Shown here: positions 61,809 to 64,000 of the stretch, piece by piece
How the letters are laid out: every line of letters begins with the position of its first letter
Position numbering within the stretch: position 1 is the first letter of the stretch
Assembly (NCBI GenBank): GCA_963823335.1
Contig: CAWGLD010000004.1
Span: 192,001 to 256,000, forward strand
DNA: 64,000 nt
Origin: an uncultured delta proteobacterium
GTDB taxonomy: Bacteria > Desulfobacterota > Desulfobacteria > Desulfobacterales > B30-G6
Direction of reading: 5' to 3'
The notes under the pieces: model-generated
Databases searched by the model: none
Told to the model about the DNA's origin: nothing
Seen by the model: the letters and a program-made list of their open reading frames with translations, nothing else
Made by a program: the position numbers and the translations under genes

Positions 61809-61823
61809 ATAGGTAATACCTAT
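61809..61823 (-). promoter_or_regulatory. regulon box, near-perfect palindrome, in the divergent CHI/DUF2177 spacer
   Basis: ATAGGTAATACCTAT; on the minus strand, 24 nt later comes TTGCAT. Confidence 0.75.
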
Positions 61824-62112
61824 TATAAAAAGACGAACTGAAACAACACGTAATTCCGCTGCTGGAGAACCGTCCCTTGCTTTTTCTGGCGGCATTATCC
61901 TATTATTACCTGAACTGAGCGATTTTTCCCGAAGAGATGTGCCAAGATCTTGAGGGAGGAGGGTACGCAAAAAATGTAAGCATACCCGTGGATCTGTCGA
62001 GGCTTTTTGCGAACCCTTGATTCGCAAGAGATTGGTGCAGATCGAGATAAAAATTGCTCAGTTCGGGTATTATTAAGGTCAATTAATTTTCTTCGTCCAT
62101 TGTGAGGTAAAA

Positions 62113-62520
62113 ATGAATTTTTTATTTTATATAAAGCTTTATCTGCTGACAGTTCCGATCTTCTTCCTGTTGGACATCATCTGGCTGGGAGTTGTTGCCA
62201 AGGGTTTTTACCGTAAACATCTGGGATTTATATTGAGCCCGGAGGTGAACTGGGCGGCGGCAGTTACCTTTTACTTTATCTACATTGCCGGCATACTGTT
62301 TTTTGCAGTAGCCCCGGCTATCGAGCGGGCATCCCTGCTAAGGGCTCTTGTCTGGGGAAGCCTCTATGGCTTTTTTACCTACGCAACCTATGATCTGACC
62401 AACATGGCCTTGATCAAAGGCTGGCCCATGAAAATTGTGGTGGTAGACATCTTGTGGGGTATGATTTTATGCTCCGTGGTAGCGATGTCGAGTTTTGGCG
62501 TTGCCAGATGGCTCATTTAA
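62113..62520 (+). CDS. DUF2177 membrane protein
   Basis: LDIIWLG, YATYDLTNMA, DILWG. Confidence 0.9.
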   Translation: MNFLFYIKLYLLTVPIFFLLDIIWLGVVAKGFYRKHLGFILSPEVNWAAAVTFYFIYIAGILFFAVAPAIERASLLRALVWGSLYGFFTYATYDLTNMALIKGWPMKIVVVDILWGMILCSVVAMSSFGVARWLI

Positions 62521-62616
62521 CCCAAGCCGGTAGCTGAACATTAATCGTGAAACGATACCTATTAACTCGCTGTGAGGGCACATAATAGGGCTGAAACATA
62601 TTACGGGAAAGTTACC

Positions 62617-63078
62617 ATGAAAAAATCTACGACAATCTATATTCTAACACTGGTGCTGGCGCTGTGTGGCAACGGTTGTTCTGCATCGAAAATAAGCCAA
62701 AGTGACAGCGAAAATCAACGACTGGCTGACTGCCCGACCCGGCCGAATTGTGTTTCTTCGGAAGCACAGGATGCCAAACACGCGATCGCACCCTTGAAAC
62801 TGACGGGTGACCCAAAAACAACCTGGGAAGCGGTCGTCAAGGTCGTCGATCAGCTGCCACGTAGTACGATCGTTGAAGCCACCCATCGCTATTTACACGT
62901 GGAGTGTAAAAGTCGCATTTTCAGGTTCATCGATGATCTGGAACTTCTATTAGACCCCGTAACCGGGGTTGTCGCCATCCGATCCGCTGCACGGGTCGGA
63001 AGATCGGATTTGGGTGTCAATCGTCGCAGAGTCGAGACCTTGCGCAAAAAACTTAAAGAAGATGGACTCATCGAATGA
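62617..63078 (+). CDS. DUF1499 lipoprotein
   Basis: CPTRPNCVSS, FRFIDDLE, RSAARVGRSDLGVNRRR. Confidence 0.9.
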   Translation: MKKSTTIYILTLVLALCGNGCSASKISQSDSENQRLADCPTRPNCVSSEAQDAKHAIAPLKLTGDPKTTWEAVVKVVDQLPRSTIVEATHRYLHVECKSRIFRFIDDLELLLDPVTGVVAIRSAARVGRSDLGVNRRRVETLRKKLKEDGLIE

Positions 63079-63213
63079 GTCTGCGAAACCATGAAATACG
63101 ATGCTCCCGAATTTTATTAGAAGCCATCTCAAAAATAGGATATTGGTTCAAAGTCACGGCGGGATTAAGTTAAATTTTTAGATTAATATTATCCTATAAG
63201 AGGCAAACAGTAT

Positions 63214-64000
63214 ATGGATATCTGGTTTTTTATCATGGAACTGGTAATGCTGCTGGGCAGCGCCTTTCTCCTGGGCGCCCTGGCCCAGCGCTTGGGACAG
63301 AGTCCCATACTGGGGTATCTTCTGGCAGGCACCCTTGTCGGTCCCCTGCTCTTTAACACCGCAACGGTCAGCCAGGCTTCCGAACTGGGGGTCGCCCTGC
63401 TGCTGTTTTCCATCGGCCTGGAGTTCAGTTTCAAACAATTAATGAAAATGGGGCGCATGGCATTCGGCGGGGGTACGCTACAGGTAGTGGCAACCATGCT
63501 GGTGGTGACCCTGGTCATGTTTTCCCTGGTGGGTCTGCCCCGTGCTCTCACCTTGGGGGCCATTCTGGCGTTGAGTTCCACCACCATTGTGCTTCGGATA
63601 CTGGTGGACCGAATGGAAATCGATTCGGTCAAAGGCCGGACATGCCTGGCCATTCTTCTGCTCCAGGATATAGCCATCGTGCCCCTGGTGCTGATGGTCA
63701 GCTTCTTTACACCTGCTGCGGCGGAAATGAATCTGGGTCTGCACATCCTCAAGGTGATCCTGTCGGTCTTCGGGCTGGCGGGCGCTTTCTATCTGCTGCT
63801 GTATCATCTGGCCCCCAGATTGCTGAGTGAGGCCAGACTTTTTGCTAATCGGGAATTAACCGTTCTGCTGAGTATTGCGGTGGGTTTGGGCGCTGCCTGG
63901 ACAGCCCACAAGCTGCATATTTCACCGGCTCTGGGCGCCTTTGTGGCCGGCATGCTTCTGGGAGAATCCCCCTTTGCCACTCAGATCCGGGCCGACATCG
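63214..64000 (+). CDS. cation:proton antiporter CPA2 (KefC/YbaL-like), runs off the window
   Basis: MDIWFFIMELVMLL..., SPILGYLLAG, ELGVALLLFSIGLE, LSSTTIV, ILLLQD. Confidence 0.88.
   Translation, partial: MDIWFFIMELVMLLGSAFLLGALAQRLGQSPILGYLLAGTLVGPLLFNTATVSQASELGVALLLFSIGLEFSFKQLMKMGRMAFGGGTLQVVATMLVVTLVMFSLVGLPRALTLGAILALSSTTIVLRILVDRMEIDSVKGRTCLAILLLQDIAIVPLVLMVSFFTPAAAEMNLGLHILKVILSVFGLAGAFYLLLYHLAPRLLSEARLFANRELTVLLSIAVGLGAAWTAHKLHISPALGAFVAGMLLGESPFATQIRADI

Overview
This is 64 kb of bacterial chromosome. Gene content and intergenic repeat style suggest a Desulfobacterales-like deltaproteobacterium (inference). The left half (1-29 kb) carries a putative Na+/H+ antiporter, a sigma54 module (enhancer-binding protein plus small genes ending in a dksA-like gene), aroA, a PotABCD-type ABC transporter with a proline-racemase-family enzyme and an amidohydrolase, a double-length KamA-like radical SAM protein beside a beta-lysine N-acetyltransferase, ilvN/ilvB/leuC/leuD/ilvD, a four-helix-bundle (23S rRNA IVS-family) gene bracketed by inverted hexamer arrays, and yjgN with a frameshifted M48 peptidase. 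The right half (29.6-64 kb) is a large light/oxidative-stress island: SOUL, MipA, DUF523-DUF1722, class II photolyase, lipocalin, a ufaD/ufaO/ufaM-like triad, DUF1295, chalcone-isomerase-like and DUF2177 genes. No rpoE-chrR or litR is visible in the window. Instead there is a PAS-LuxR regulator and a recurring 15-bp box lying exactly 24 nt before a TTG at four promoters, two of which drive near-identical 45-aa C-x8-C peptides. katG, cydA and cydB each carry an internal deletion. Intergenic DNA is rich in small non-autonomous mobile elements (IS200/IS605-like and TA-flanked MITEs, some nested) and in inverted arrays of 6-8-nt repeats. I found no rRNA, tRNA, CRISPR array, transposase or reverse transcriptase. 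Family assignments come from motif recognition by eye; no database search was run.
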